Part shown: in pieces, positions 31,315 to 40,952 of the stretch | How the letters are laid out: each line of letters begins with the position of its first letter | Numbering within the stretch: position 1 is the stretch's first letter | Assembly: GCA_037440005.1 (NCBI GenBank) | Contig: JBBIUY010000005.1 | Location: 23,730-87,729 of the forward strand | Source: Armatimonadota bacterium | GTDB lineage: Bacteria > Sysuimicrobiota > Sysuimicrobiia > Sysuimicrobiales > Kaftiobacteriaceae | Direction of reading: 5' to 3' | DNA length: 64,000 nucleotides | Position numbers and translations under genes: made by a program | Notes under the pieces: generated by a model | Databases searched by the model: none | Told to the model about the DNA's origin: nothing | The model's input: only the letters and a program-made list of their open reading frames with translations

Positions 31315-31453
31315 CCCGACGGGCACACGACGTGCCTACGGTGTGAATGGGGGCAGCATCCGCGGCGGCGTGCACGGCCCTTCGCGGTGTGACCGTCGGG
31401 GCGCTCGCCCCCATTCGATCACTCCCCAGCGCTCGTCCCGCCGATGGGGGTCC

Positions 31454-31483
31454 TTGACAGCGGCGCAGGCCGGCGGGTATCCT
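31454..31483 (+). promoter_or_regulatory. sigma70 promoter
   Basis: TTGACA-18-TATCCT. Confidence 0.65.
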
Positions 31484-31506
31484 TAGCGCCAAGGTCAGGT
31501 ATCGCC

Positions 31507-31605
31507 ATGGTCATCCGCATCCGCGCCCGAGCGGTGCCGTACACCCCCCGCCAGTGCATCTGTCCCCGGCGGAGGCAGGCCGCGCCTTCGCCGATCCTTC
31601 CGTAG
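31507..31605 (+). CDS. Putative Cys-containing leader peptide (32 aa)
   Basis: MVIRIRARAVPYTPRQCICPRRRQAAPSPILP*, between the promoter and DUF4395. Confidence 0.55.
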   Translation: MVIRIRARAVPYTPRQCICPRRRQAAPSPILP

Positions 31606-31701
31606 TCCTCAGGGCGCCGCCTGTCTCCGCTTCCGCACCGGCCCTTTCGGAATCCGGGAGGGCAGGACACGACGTCGGACGTCGGCGGGAGGGAGCACAG
31701 G
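31569..31701 (+). promoter_or_regulatory. Translational attenuator (anti-SD / anti-anti-SD)
   Basis: 31619-31636 can pair either with 31569-31580 or with the RBS region 31685-31701. Confidence 0.6.
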
Positions 31702-32142
31702 ATGTCAACCCGGGTCGATCACAACGCCATCAAGTTCACCCAGGTCAGCCTGACCGTGGTGGCGGTGGCCGCCTTCCTGGCCAACCTGCGCCACCTGGTG
31801 GGGGTGCTGGCGCTGGTCCTGGCCGCGGGCACCGCCTGGCCGACAGCGAACCTGTTCCGGCTGCTCTACCAGCGGGTCGTGCTGCCCCGGGGGTGGCTGC
31901 GGCCGCACCTGGTGGACGACGACCCCGCCCCGCACCGCTTCGCCCAGGGCGTGGGCGCCACCCTGCTGGCCGCGGGGTGGGGTGCGCTGGCGGCGGGATG
32001 GGCGGCGGTCGGGTGGGCGCTGACCCTGCTGGTGGCCGCCCTGGCCATGGTGAACGTGGTCGCGAACTTCTGCGCCGGCTGCTTCGTGTACTACCAGCTG
32101 CGCCGGCGGGGGATCATCCGCCGCGCCGCCGAGGCCCGGTGA
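31702..32142 (+). CDS. DUF4395 membrane protein
   Basis: DDPAPHRFAQGVG, NFCAGCFVY. Confidence 0.88.
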   Translation: MSTRVDHNAIKFTQVSLTVVAVAAFLANLRHLVGVLALVLAAGTAWPTANLFRLLYQRVVLPRGWLRPHLVDDDPAPHRFAQGVGATLLAAGWGALAAGWAAVGWALTLLVAALAMVNVVANFCAGCFVYYQLRRRGIIRRAAEAR

Positions 32143-32576
32143 TGGGGGCCGACCGCCTGCTGGCGGTGGGGCTGGTGGCGGCCGTCCTGCTGGCCGCGTG
32201 GCTGGGGCTGCGCTGGCGCGTCGGGCGCTACCGGCGGCGGCCGGCGACCGACCTGGTCCGCGACGGCCGCCCGCTGGTCCTGGCCTTCGTGACGGCCGAC
32301 TGCGTGCCGTGCCGGACGGTCCAGAAGCCGGCCCTGGAGGAGCTGCGGCGGCGTTTTCCGCACCATCTGGACGTGCGGGAGGTGGACGCCACCGCCGACG
32401 TCGCCCTCGCCCGGCGGTTTGGCATCCTCACCGTCCCCAGCACCGTGCTCATCTCGTCGGGGGGCCGGGTGGTGGCCATCAACCACGGCGCGGTGGGGTG
32501 GGAGCGTCTGGCCGCCCAGCTCGGGTTGAACGGCGGGGGACGGCATGCTAGAATGCCCGTGCGCACCGCGCGATGA
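32142..32576 (+). CDS. Membrane-anchored thioredoxin-family protein
   Basis: N-terminal TM helix, CVPC, GILTVP. Confidence 0.85.
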   Translation: MGADRLLAVGLVAAVLLAAWLGLRWRVGRYRRRPATDLVRDGRPLVLAFVTADCVPCRTVQKPALEELRRRFPHHLDVREVDATADVALARRFGILTVPSTVLISSGGRVVAINHGAVGWERLAAQLGLNGGGRHARMPVRTAR

Positions 32577-32800
32577 CGGGACCCGCGGGCGCCCGTGCCG
32601 GGTGAGCGAGCCGGGAGGGTGGAAGCCGGCGCCGGCGCTGCGCCCGCTCCCATCCCGGAGCGCCCGGGTCACAAACCGGGCCGGCGCGCCCCGATAGCGG
32701 CGCAGGAGGGCCGGACGGCGCACGGAGACGATCCGCCGCCCGGAACCAGGGTGGTACCGCGGGTGGACATCCCGTCCCTGAGGGGACGGGGTTTTTGTTT
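32568..32800 (+). ncRNA. T-box riboswitch (Pro)
   Basis: AACCAGGGTGGTACCGCG at 32744-32761, probable CCC specifier, promoter TTGAAC-17-TAGAAT, upstream of proS. Confidence 0.9.
32771..32800 (+). terminator. T-box intrinsic terminator
   Basis: CCCGTCCCT-GAG-GGGACGGG followed by TTTTTGTTT. Confidence 0.88.
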
Positions 32801-32803
32801 GGG

Positions 32804-34255
32804 GTGAGCGCGACCGTGGCAGCCGAACGCGAGGCGGCGACCCGCCTGCCGTCCAAGGCGGACAACTTCAGCGAGTGGTACACGGCGGTGGCCCTGCGGG
32901 CCGAGCTGGCCGACTACGCTCCGGTGCGGGGGTTCATGGCCATCCGCCCCTACGGCTACGCCATCTGGGAGGGCATCCAGAGCTGGCTGGACCGCCGCTT
33001 CAAGGAGACCGGCCACCAGACCGCCTACTTCCCGCTGCTGGTGCCGGAGAGCTTCCTGCGCCGGGAGGCCGAGCACGTGCAGGGATTTGCCCCCCAGGTG
33101 GCGTGGGTGACCCACGGCGGCGACGAGCCGCTGGCCGAGCGGCTGGCGGTGCGGCCTACCTCCGAGGCCATCATCCTGCCCATGTACGCCCGGTGGATCC
33201 AGTCCTACCGCGACCTGCCGGTGCTGCTGCTGCAGTGGAACAGCGTGGTGCGGTGGGAGAAGTCCACCCGGCTGTTCTTGCGCACCGCCGAGTTTTTGTG
33301 GCACGAAGGGCACACCGCCCACCGCACCGCCGAAGACGCCGACCGGGAGTGCCGGCTGATCCTGGGGATCTACCGGGAACTGCTGGAGGACGTCCTGGCG
33401 ATCCCGGTCCTGGTGGGCACCAAGCCGCCCAGCGAGCGGTTCGCCGGCGCCGACATCACCTACACCCTGGAGGCCCTGATGCCCGACGGGCAGGCGATCC
33501 AGGCCGGCACGTCCCACTTCCTGGGTCAGAACTTCGCCCGGGCGTTCGGGGTCAAGTTCCTGGACGCGGACAACCGGGAGAAGTACGTCTGGTCCACGTC
33601 CTGGGCGGTCACCACGCGCCTGATCGGGTGCCTGATCATGGCCCACGGGGACGACCGGGGGCTGGTCCTGCCTCCGCGCATCGCGCCCTACCAGGTGGTG
33701 ATCGTCCCCATCCTGGGCACAGACGACGAGCGGGTGCTGGCGGCGGCGCGGTCGCTGGCGGCCGAGCTGGCACCCCGCATGCGGGTGCGCCTGGACGACC
33801 GGGACGCCTACACGCCGGGGTGGAAGTTCCACGAGTGGGAGCTGCGGGGCGTGCCGGTGCGGCTGGAGGTGGGCCCGCGGGACGTGGAGGCCGACCAGGC
33901 GGTGCTGGTGCGGCGGACCGGCGGAGGCCGCCAGGCGGTCCCCCGCCGGCAGGTGGCGGACGCGGTGGACCGGGCCCTGGAGGAGATCCAGCGGGAGCTG
34001 TTCGAGCGCGCCCGCGCCTACCGGGACAGCCACACCACCGCCGCCGGCTCGGTGGACGAGGCGGCCGCCGCCGTGGCGGAGGTGCGCGGGTTCGTGCGGG
34101 TCCGCTGGTGCCGGTCCCAGGAGTGCGAGGACGTGCTGCGCGAGCGCACCGGCGCCTCCCCGCGCGTGATCCCCCTCGACGAGCAGCCCGACGGCGCCTG
34201 CGCGGTGTGCGGGCGGCCCGCCCACGCCTGGGTCTACTACGCCCGGGCGTACTGA
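32804..34255 (+). CDS. proS: Proline-tRNA ligase (archaeal/eukaryotic type)
   Basis: RPTSE, FLRTAEFLWHEGHT, QAGTSHFLGQNFA, C-terminal YYARAY. Confidence 0.95.
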   Translation: MSATVAAEREAATRLPSKADNFSEWYTAVALRAELADYAPVRGFMAIRPYGYAIWEGIQSWLDRRFKETGHQTAYFPLLVPESFLRREAEHVQGFAPQVAWVTHGGDEPLAERLAVRPTSEAIILPMYARWIQSYRDLPVLLLQWNSVVRWEKSTRLFLRTAEFLWHEGHTAHRTAEDADRECRLILGIYRELLEDVLAIPVLVGTKPPSERFAGADITYTLEALMPDGQAIQAGTSHFLGQNFARAFGVKFLDADNREKYVWSTSWAVTTRLIGCLIMAHGDDRGLVLPPRIAPYQVVIVPILGTDDERVLAAARSLAAELAPRMRVRLDDRDAYTPGWKFHEWELRGVPVRLEVGPRDVEADQAVLVRRTGGGRQAVPRRQVADAVDRALEEIQRELFERARAYRDSHTTAAGSVDEAAAAVAEVRGFVRVRWCRSQECEDVLRERTGASPRVIPLDEQPDGACAVCGRPAHAWVYYARAY

Positions 34256-34323
34256 GCCCGCCCCGTCCGTCGGCGCACGACCTCCCGGATGCAGGCGCGT
34301 CGCGTGTCCGCGCGTCCGTCCTC

Positions 34324-36039
34324 TCACACGAAGAGCGGCACCACCTGTCCCTGCGCCACGTCCACCAGCCCCCGGTCGGTCAGCTTCAGCTCGGGGATCA
34401 CCGACAGCGCCAGGAACGACAGGGTCATGAACGGGTCGGTCAGTCGGCTGCCCATGCGGGCGGACAGGGCTAACAGCCGGCGGAACTGGTCGGCCACGGC
34501 GGCGACGGGCTGGTCCGACATCAGCCCGGCGATGGGCAGCGGCAGCCGGGCCACCTCCCGACCGGCCACCGCCACCAGCCCTCCCCGCATCTCCAGGATG
34601 ACCTCCACCGCCGCCCGCATGGCGTCGTCGCTGCAGCCCACCACGATCAGGTTGTGGGCGTCGTGGGCCACAGTGGAGGCCAGGGCGCCCAGCCGCAGGC
34701 CGAACCCCCGCACCAGGCCCAGGCCCACCCGGCCGCTGCCGGTGTGGCGCTCGAGCACGGCCAGCTTCAGCAGGTCGCGGGCGGGGTCGGCCACCACCTC
34801 CCCGTGCTGCACGGGGGCGTCGTCCACCGCGGCCCGGGTCACGATCTGGTCGGGGACGATCTCGATGACCCGCACCCGCCGCCCAGCCGCCGGAATCCGG
34901 AAGCGCAGGCTGGAGCGGGGAATGCTCAGCGACACCGGCAGCGCCGGCAGGGCCACCGGGCGCGCGTAGGGCAGCAGGTCCCCGTCCCGGGCCACCAGGC
35001 GCCCCGAGCGGAACACCAGCCGCGCCCGGGGGACGCGCAGGTCGTCGAAGACCACTAGGTCCGCCCGGCGGCCGGGTGCCACGGCCCCGCGGTCCCGCAG
35101 GCCGAAGTGCTCGGCGGGGTTGAGGGTGGCCATCTGGATCGCCAGCAGGGGGTCGGCGCCCAGGGCGATGGCCTGGCGGACCATGGCGTCGATGTGGCCG
35201 TCCTCCAGCAGGTGGGTGGGGGTGCGGTCGTCGGTGCAGAACATGAAGCGCCGGGCGGTCTGGGGCGTCACCAGGGGGAGCAGTTCGGCCAGGTTGCGGG
35301 CGCCGGTGGCTTCCCGGATCATGATGGCCATCCCCCGGGACAGCTTGTCCAGGGCCTCCTCCCGGGTGGTGCACTCGTGGTCGGAGCCGATACCCGCGGC
35401 CACGTAGGCGTCCAGGTCCGGTCCCCGCAGGCCCGGGGCGTGGCCGTCCACCGGACGCCCGGCGGCCGCCCGGATCTTGGCCAAGACCTCCTCCTCGGCG
35501 GCCAGCACCCCGGGATAGTCCATCACCTCCGCGAGCCCCAGGACCCACTTGTCCTGCAGCAGGCTCTCCAGGTCGTAGGCGGTCAGGCGCGCTCCGGGAC
35601 TCTCCAGGGGGCCGGCGGGCACGCAGCTGGACGCCATCACGAAGACCGACAGGGGGTTGTATTTGGCCGCATCCAGCATGTAGCGGATGCCGGTCATGCC
35701 CAGCACGTTGGCGATCTCGTGGGGGTCCGCGATGACCGTGGTGGTCCCCCGGGGGACCACGGCCCGGGCGAACTCCGGCACGCTCACCATGGAACTCTCG
35801 ATGTGCACGTGGGCGTCGATCAGCCCCGGCGCCAAGTAGCTGCCGCCCAGGTCCATCCGCTCCCGGGCCGGGTGGGTGCCGCTGCCGGCGGGCAGCAGGG
35901 CGGCGATGCGATCGCCGGCGACGAGCACGTCCGCCGCCACCACCCGGTGGGCGTACACGTCCACGACCCGGGCGTTGGCCAGCAGCAGGTCCGCCGGCTC
36001 CTGGGCCCGGGCCACGCGGATGAGGGTCGCCAGGTCCAC
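34324..36039 (-). CDS. ade: Adenine deaminase
   Basis: DAHVHIESS, DPHEIANV, DGHAP, SDHEC, CTDD, STVAHDAHN. Confidence 0.95.
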   Translation of the reverse strand: MDLATLIRVARAQEPADLLLANARVVDVYAHRVVAADVLVAGDRIAALLPAGSGTHPARERMDLGGSYLAPGLIDAHVHIESSMVSVPEFARAVVPRGTTTVIADPHEIANVLGMTGIRYMLDAAKYNPLSVFVMASSCVPAGPLESPGARLTAYDLESLLQDKWVLGLAEVMDYPGVLAAEEEVLAKIRAAAGRPVDGHAPGLRGPDLDAYVAAGIGSDHECTTREEALDKLSRGMAIMIREATGARNLAELLPLVTPQTARRFMFCTDDRTPTHLLEDGHIDAMVRQAIALGADPLLAIQMATLNPAEHFGLRDRGAVAPGRRADLVVFDDLRVPRARLVFRSGRLVARDGDLLPYARPVALPALPVSLSIPRSSLRFRIPAAGRRVRVIEIVPDQIVTRAAVDDAPVQHGEVVADPARDLLKLAVLERHTGSGRVGLGLVRGFGLRLGALASTVAHDAHNLIVVGCSDDAMRAAVEVILEMRGGLVAVAGREVARLPLPIAGLMSDQPVAAVADQFRRLLALSARMGSRLTDPFMTLSFLALSVIPELKLTDRGLVDVAQGQVVPLFV

Positions 36040-36173
36040 CTTGGGGGCTCCTTTTCCGCCTCCCCCCCGACGACACCTGCGAAACAGGGACGGACGCCGG
36101 CCGCCGTCCGGCCGGCAGGGATTCCCCTCCGTCGGGCCGAAACTGCCGGTGTCATCCCGGGACGGAGGCGGGC

Positions 36174-36752
36174 ATGCCGCACATTCTTCCCTTCACAGGG
36201 CAGGCAGCCTACGAGCTGGAGATCGCCGGGACGGTGCGCACCCTGCCGCTGATCCAGGTGTCTCCCGACACGTGGATCGCCTACTACTACAGCCTGGGGG
36301 ACACCGAGGTCATCGATCGGGCGGCGCGGGAGCTGGCCCCCCGCATGCGCAGCTGCGAGATCTTCGTCACCACCGAGACCAAGGGCATTCCGCTGGCCCA
36401 CGCCATCGCCACCTACCTGGGGCTGCTGCCCTACGTGGTGTGCCGCAAGGAGATCCGGCCCTTCATGCTGTCGCCGGTCTCGGTGCGCTACAAGCCCATC
36501 ACCGCCAAGACCGAGGAGGAGCTGTTCATCGACGGCCGGGACGCCATGAAGCTGCGGGGCAAGCGGGTGGGGCTGGTGGACGACATTGTGAGCACCGGCG
36601 AGACCCTCAAGGCCATGGAGGAGCTGGTGCGGCGGGCCGGGGGGTCCGTGGTGGCCCGGGCGGCGCTGCTGCTGGAGGGCGTCGAGCGCGACGACGTGCA
36701 CCATTTGGGCATCCTGCCCATCTTCAAGCGGACCGACGCGGTGTCCCCCTGA
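36174..36752 (+). CDS. Purine phosphoribosyltransferase (APRT/XPRT-like)
   Basis: ETKGIPLAH, LVDDIVSTGETL. Confidence 0.85.
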   Translation: MPHILPFTGQAAYELEIAGTVRTLPLIQVSPDTWIAYYYSLGDTEVIDRAARELAPRMRSCEIFVTTETKGIPLAHAIATYLGLLPYVVCRKEIRPFMLSPVSVRYKPITAKTEEELFIDGRDAMKLRGKRVGLVDDIVSTGETLKAMEELVRRAGGSVVARAALLLEGVERDDVHHLGILPIFKRTDAVSP

Positions 36753-36765
36753 GGCCCCGCCGGCC

Positions 36766-37071
36766 ATGGCAGCCCCGACCATCTCCACCCACGTGCTGGA
36801 CGTCGGCCGGGGGGCGCCGGCCCGGGGGGTGCGGGTGGACCTGTACCGGGACGGCCGCCTGATCGCCTCCCGGACCACCGACGACGACGGGCGCATCCGG
36901 GATCTGGTGGGCGGGCCCCTGGAGCCGGGGACCTACCGGATGGTGTTTGCGGTGCCGTCGGAGTTCTTCACGCGCCTGGAGGTGGAGTTCACCGTCACCG
37001 ACCCCGGCCGTCACTACCACGTCCCCCTGGTGGTGGCGCCGTACCTGTGCGCCACCTACCGGGGCAGCTGA
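36766..37071 (+). CDS. uraH: 5-hydroxyisourate hydrolase
   Basis: ISTHVLD, HYHVPL, C-terminal YRGS. Confidence 0.93.
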   Translation: MAAPTISTHVLDVGRGAPARGVRVDLYRDGRLIASRTTDDDGRIRDLVGGPLEPGTYRMVFAVPSEFFTRLEVEFTVTDPGRHYHVPLVVAPYLCATYRGS

Positions 37072-37081
37072 CCGGCGCCCC

Positions 37082-37552
37082 ATGGCCCGCCTGACGGTGG
37101 ACGAGCTGGCGGCGCTGTTCGAGGGCCGCACGCGCTTTGTCGAGCGGCTGGCCGCCCTGGACGACCCCCTGGACAGGGCGGTGGAGGTGCTGCGGTCTCT
37201 GCCCGAAGAGGAGGTCGTCGAGGCCCTCAACGCTCACCCCCGCATCGGCGAGCGGCCGACCTCCCCCGCCGCGGCCGCCGAGCAGGGGACCGAGGACGAC
37301 CCCGCGGTGCTGGCCGAGCTGGCGGCCCTCAATGCCGCCTACGAGCGCGCTTTCGGATTTCGCTTCGTGGTCTTCGTCAACCGGCGGTCCCGCTCGCAGA
37401 TCATCCCGATCCTGCGCCAGCGCCTGCAGCGCACCCGCGCCGAAGAGCTGGCCACCGCCATCGAGGAGCTGGTGGCCATCGCCCGGGAGCGGCACGCGCA
37501 GAGGGAAAAGGGAAAAGGGAAGAAGGAAAAAGTGGAAGGCAAAACCGCATAA
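37082..37552 (+). CDS. uraD: OHCU decarboxylase
   Basis: LNAHPRIG, EQ, LNAAYERAFGFRFVVFV. Confidence 0.88.
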   Translation: MARLTVDELAALFEGRTRFVERLAALDDPLDRAVEVLRSLPEEEVVEALNAHPRIGERPTSPAAAAEQGTEDDPAVLAELAALNAAYERAFGFRFVVFVNRRSRSQIIPILRQRLQRTRAEELATAIEELVAIARERHAQREKGKGKKEKVEGKTA

Positions 37553-37661
37553 AGGAGGGACCGGGCGGCTGAACCCCGCCCGGTCCCTTTCCCCTTTTTC
37601 CCCGCCCTTTTTCCCTTTCCTTTTTTCCTTTTCCCTTTTCCTTTTTCCCTTTTCCCTCCCT
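37501..37661. repeat. Inverted GGGAAAA / TTTTCCC heptamer tracts
   Basis: Purine tract 37501-37531 and pyrimidine tract 37585-37661 flank a hairpin. Confidence 0.8.
37556..37600. terminator. Terminator hairpin between convergent genes
   Basis: AGGGACCGGGCGG-CTGAACC-CCGCCCGGTCCCT followed by a T-rich tail. Confidence 0.75.
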
Positions 37662-38819
37662 TCACGGCTCGTTCGGCCAGGGGCCGACCACGCCGGGAGC
37701 CGCCCACTCCAGGGTGATCAGCTCCTGCACGGTGAGGGTGTGGCCGGGGGGCACCCGCAGCACGCCCTTGCGGTCGCGGATGGGTCCGGTGAACGGGTCA
37801 AACTTCACCGGGTTCACCGACATCTGGGCGTGGCGGCGCAGGACCAGGTCGTACACCGACAGGGTGCCCAGGTCGGAAGTCCGCACCCGCACGGCCTTCA
37901 GCTGGTCGGTAAACAGCGGGTTGATCATCATCCCCGGCTCGGCCCCCACCTCCACCGCCTTCTCGGCCAGCAGCCACCAGTAGTCCACGTTCTGCAGGTT
38001 GTCGGGGGTGTACTTGCCCGCCAGGACCTTGCGCAGGAAGTCCAGGTAGATGGTCTCCCAGTGCACCAGCTGGCCCGAGATCACGTGCCGGGGGGCGAAG
38101 CGGTACATGGGCGAGTAGTGGGCGAAGCTCAGCAGGTTCTTCTTGGCCGCCTCCTGGATCACCGTGGGGGTGTCCTCGGTGAAGGCGAACACGTCCACCC
38201 CCTCGGCGATGAGGGCCTGGGTCGCCTCCTTGGCCTTGGCCGGGCTGAACCACTCGAAGATCCACCGCACGTGCACCGTGGCCCGCGGGTTGACGGCCCG
38301 GACCCCCAGGGCGAAGGCGTTGAGGTGGCGCTTGACCTCGGGAATGGGGAACGCCCCCACGTAGCCCACCTTGTTGGTCCGGGTCAGGGCGCCGGCCATC
38401 AGGCCGTTGAGGTAGTACACCTGGTAGAAGTCGGCCATGTAGGTGGCCATGTTGCGGGCCCGCTTGAACCCGCTGGCGTGGGCGAAGATGATGTTCGGGT
38501 ACCGCTGGGCCGCCGCCAGGGTGCCGTCCATGAAGCCGAAGCTGGTGGTGAAGATCACCCGGGCGCCCTGGGCGACCAGGCGGTCGATGAACGGCTCCAC
38601 GCGGCCCTCAGGGACCGACTCCACGTACAGGGTCTGGACGGGGAGCTGCTGCTCCACGATCCGCCTTCCCACGTCGTGGGCGTGGGTCCACCCGTAGTCC
38701 CCGATGGGCCCCACGTAGATGAACCCCACCTTCAGTTTCTGCTGCCCGTATCCGGCGGCGGCCGCCGCCAGCAGGACGACGGCCAGCACCGATACCGCGA
38801 TCCCACGTCTGCCCCTCAT
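37662..38819 (-). CDS. BMP-family (purine/nucleoside) substrate-binding protein
   Basis: KVGFIYVGPIGDYGWTHAHD, FTTSFGF. Confidence 0.92.
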   Translation of the reverse strand: MRGRRGIAVSVLAVVLLAAAAAGYGQQKLKVGFIYVGPIGDYGWTHAHDVGRRIVEQQLPVQTLYVESVPEGRVEPFIDRLVAQGARVIFTTSFGFMDGTLAAAQRYPNIIFAHASGFKRARNMATYMADFYQVYYLNGLMAGALTRTNKVGYVGAFPIPEVKRHLNAFALGVRAVNPRATVHVRWIFEWFSPAKAKEATQALIAEGVDVFAFTEDTPTVIQEAAKKNLLSFAHYSPMYRFAPRHVISGQLVHWETIYLDFLRKVLAGKYTPDNLQNVDYWWLLAEKAVEVGAEPGMMINPLFTDQLKAVRVRTSDLGTLSVYDLVLRRHAQMSVNPVKFDPFTGPIRDRKGVLRVPPGHTLTVQELITLEWAAPGVVGPWPNEP

Positions 38820-38940
38820 GGCTGCCTCCACCTCCGGCCTGATCATGCACTGCGGGTTTGCCCGCTCACTTCGCTCTCCCCCCGCCCGGCCCCTTGTCGT
38901 TCGGCGGGGAAAGACGGACGTCTCCGCGGGAGCCCCCCGC

Positions 38941-39810
38941 TCACCGTTCGCCCCGGACGTACGGAACGCCCAGGGCCTCCGGCGCCTGGCCCGTCCGGGC
39001 CCCCCGCCGGGAGGTCAGGGCCAGCACCAGGATAGTGAACGCGAAGGGCATCATCTGCAGGGGTTCGGGGGGAATCCACGTCTGGAGGCGGAACGACAGG
39101 TGGAACAGGGTGCCGAACAGCAGCGCCGCCCCCACCGCCCGCAGGGGGTCCCAGCCGGCGAAGATGGCCAGGGCCACCACGATCCAGCCCATGCCCCCGG
39201 TCATGCCCTCGGTCCACGCCGGCCGGTAGGCCACCGACAGGAAGCCCCCGGCGACGCCGGCCATCACCCCGCCGAAGACCACGGCCAGATAGCGCACCAG
39301 CTCCACCGGCACGGCCTGGGCGTCGGCGGCGGCCGGAGACTCGCCCACGGTGCGCAGGATCAGGCCCCACCGGGTGTGGTACAGCAGCGCCCACAGCAGC
39401 ACCGCCGCCAGCACGCCCAGCGGCGGCAGGACCGACAGTTCCGGCAGCGGGTGGTCCAGGGGAAACCCTTCCCACCCGCGGCCCAGCAGCCCGGCCAGGC
39501 CCAGCCCCAGCATGGTCAGCGCCAGCCCCGAGACGTACTGGTTGGCCCGCAGGGTCACCGAGACGAACGCGTGGAGCAGGGCGGCCGCCCCGCCCACGCC
39601 GGCCGCCGCCAGCAGGCCCAGGACCGGGTGGCCGGTGGTCTGGGCGGTGGCGAAGGCGACGAAGGCGCCCAGGATCATCATCCCCTCCACCCCCAGGTTC
39701 ACCACCCCCGCCCGCTCGGCGTAGATCTCCCCCAGGGCGCCCCACAGCAGGGGCGTGCCGAAGGCCATGCCCCGCACCAGCACGCTGGCGACCCACTCCA
39801 GCACCGTCAC
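38941..39810 (-). CDS. ABC permease
   Basis: GEIYAERAGVVNLGVEG, APEALGVPY. Confidence 0.9.
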   Translation of the reverse strand: MTVLEWVASVLVRGMAFGTPLLWGALGEIYAERAGVVNLGVEGMMILGAFVAFATAQTTGHPVLGLLAAAGVGGAAALLHAFVSVTLRANQYVSGLALTMLGLGLAGLLGRGWEGFPLDHPLPELSVLPPLGVLAAVLLWALLYHTRWGLILRTVGESPAAADAQAVPVELVRYLAVVFGGVMAGVAGGFLSVAYRPAWTEGMTGGMGWIVVALAIFAGWDPLRAVGAALLFGTLFHLSFRLQTWIPPEPLQMMPFAFTILVLALTSRRGARTGQAPEALGVPYVRGER

Positions 39811-40937
39811 TCCTCCCCCGGCGGCGCGCTCGCCCCGGCCGCCGCGGGCGCCTCCACCGCCACCCGGGCCGGCGCCCACCGGATCCGGTAGGCCAGCAGC
39901 CGCTCGCTGCCGATCAGGAAGAACAGGATCAGGCCGTTAAAGACGCTGGTGACCCGGAAGGGCATCTGCAGCGACACCTGCATCACGTCTCCCGCGCTGT
40001 AGATGAGGCCGAACAGCGCCGCGGTGAGCACCGCGGCCAGCGGGCGCCCCCGGGCCAGCCAGGCGACGATGATGCCGGTGTAGCCGTACCCCAGCGACAC
40101 CTGGGTCGGGTCCAGCAGCTTGTGGTGCACCCCCGCCACCTCCCCCACCCCGGCCAGGCCCGCGGCGCCCCCGGACAGGGCCATGACCAGCAGGGTGGTG
40201 CGCAGGGCGCTGACGCCCACGTAGCGCGCGGCCTCGGGGTTTTCGCCCTGCACCCGGATCTCAAAGCCCAGGGTGGTCCGTCCCAGCAGCAGCGCCCCCG
40301 CCGCCGCCACCACCACGCCCACCACCAGGGTCGGCCAGTGGATGCGGGTCCCGGGGATCAGGGCCAGCCAGGCGTCGGCCGGAAACGGGTCGGTGTAGGC
40401 GAAGCCCCGGACGCTGGGTCCCTTCCACGGCCCGGTGACCAGCCAGCTCACCAGGTACTGGGCCACGTAGTTCATCATCAGGGTGCTGATCACTTCGTTG
40501 ACCGACAGCCGCAGCCGCAGCACCGCCGGCAGCAGGCCCCACAGCGCGCCGGCCGCGAACCCGGCCGCGAACATCGCCGGCAGCGTCATCGGTCCCCGCA
40601 GGCCGCTGAACAGGGCCACCCAGGTGGCGGCGACCGCCCCGGCCAGCAGCTGGCCCTCGGCGCCGATGTTGTAGACCTGGGCCCGGAAGGCCAGGACCAG
40701 TCCCGCCCCGACCAGCAGCAGCGGGATGGTGGGGCGCAGGACCTCGGGCAGGGTGCCCGGCGCCAGCAGGCCGTCGCGGACGATGACGGCGTAGGCCCGC
40801 ACTGGGTCCAGCCCGTAAGCCCAGAAGACGGCCCCGGCGACGAGGAACGCGGCGACGACGGCGGCCGCCGAGACGGCCACCGTCCACCACCCCGTGGTCT
40901 CGGCGCGTTCGATGCGGAACGGGCCCACCTGCGCCAT
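39807..40937 (-). CDS. ABC permease
   Basis: YNIGAEGQ, VNEVISTLMMNY. Confidence 0.9.
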   Translation of the reverse strand: MAQVGPFRIERAETTGWWTVAVSAAAVVAAFLVAGAVFWAYGLDPVRAYAVIVRDGLLAPGTLPEVLRPTIPLLLVGAGLVLAFRAQVYNIGAEGQLLAGAVAATWVALFSGLRGPMTLPAMFAAGFAAGALWGLLPAVLRLRLSVNEVISTLMMNYVAQYLVSWLVTGPWKGPSVRGFAYTDPFPADAWLALIPGTRIHWPTLVVGVVVAAAGALLLGRTTLGFEIRVQGENPEAARYVGVSALRTTLLVMALSGGAAGLAGVGEVAGVHHKLLDPTQVSLGYGYTGIIVAWLARGRPLAAVLTAALFGLIYSAGDVMQVSLQMPFRVTSVFNGLILFFLIGSERLLAYRIRWAPARVAVEAPAAAGASAPPGEE

Positions 40938-40952
40938 GCCGGTCCGCCCCGT

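Noticed and set aside
30553..31450. Mobile element around the lower-GC GNAT gene
   Set aside because: Composition suggests acquisition, but no transposase, integrase or terminal repeats were seen.
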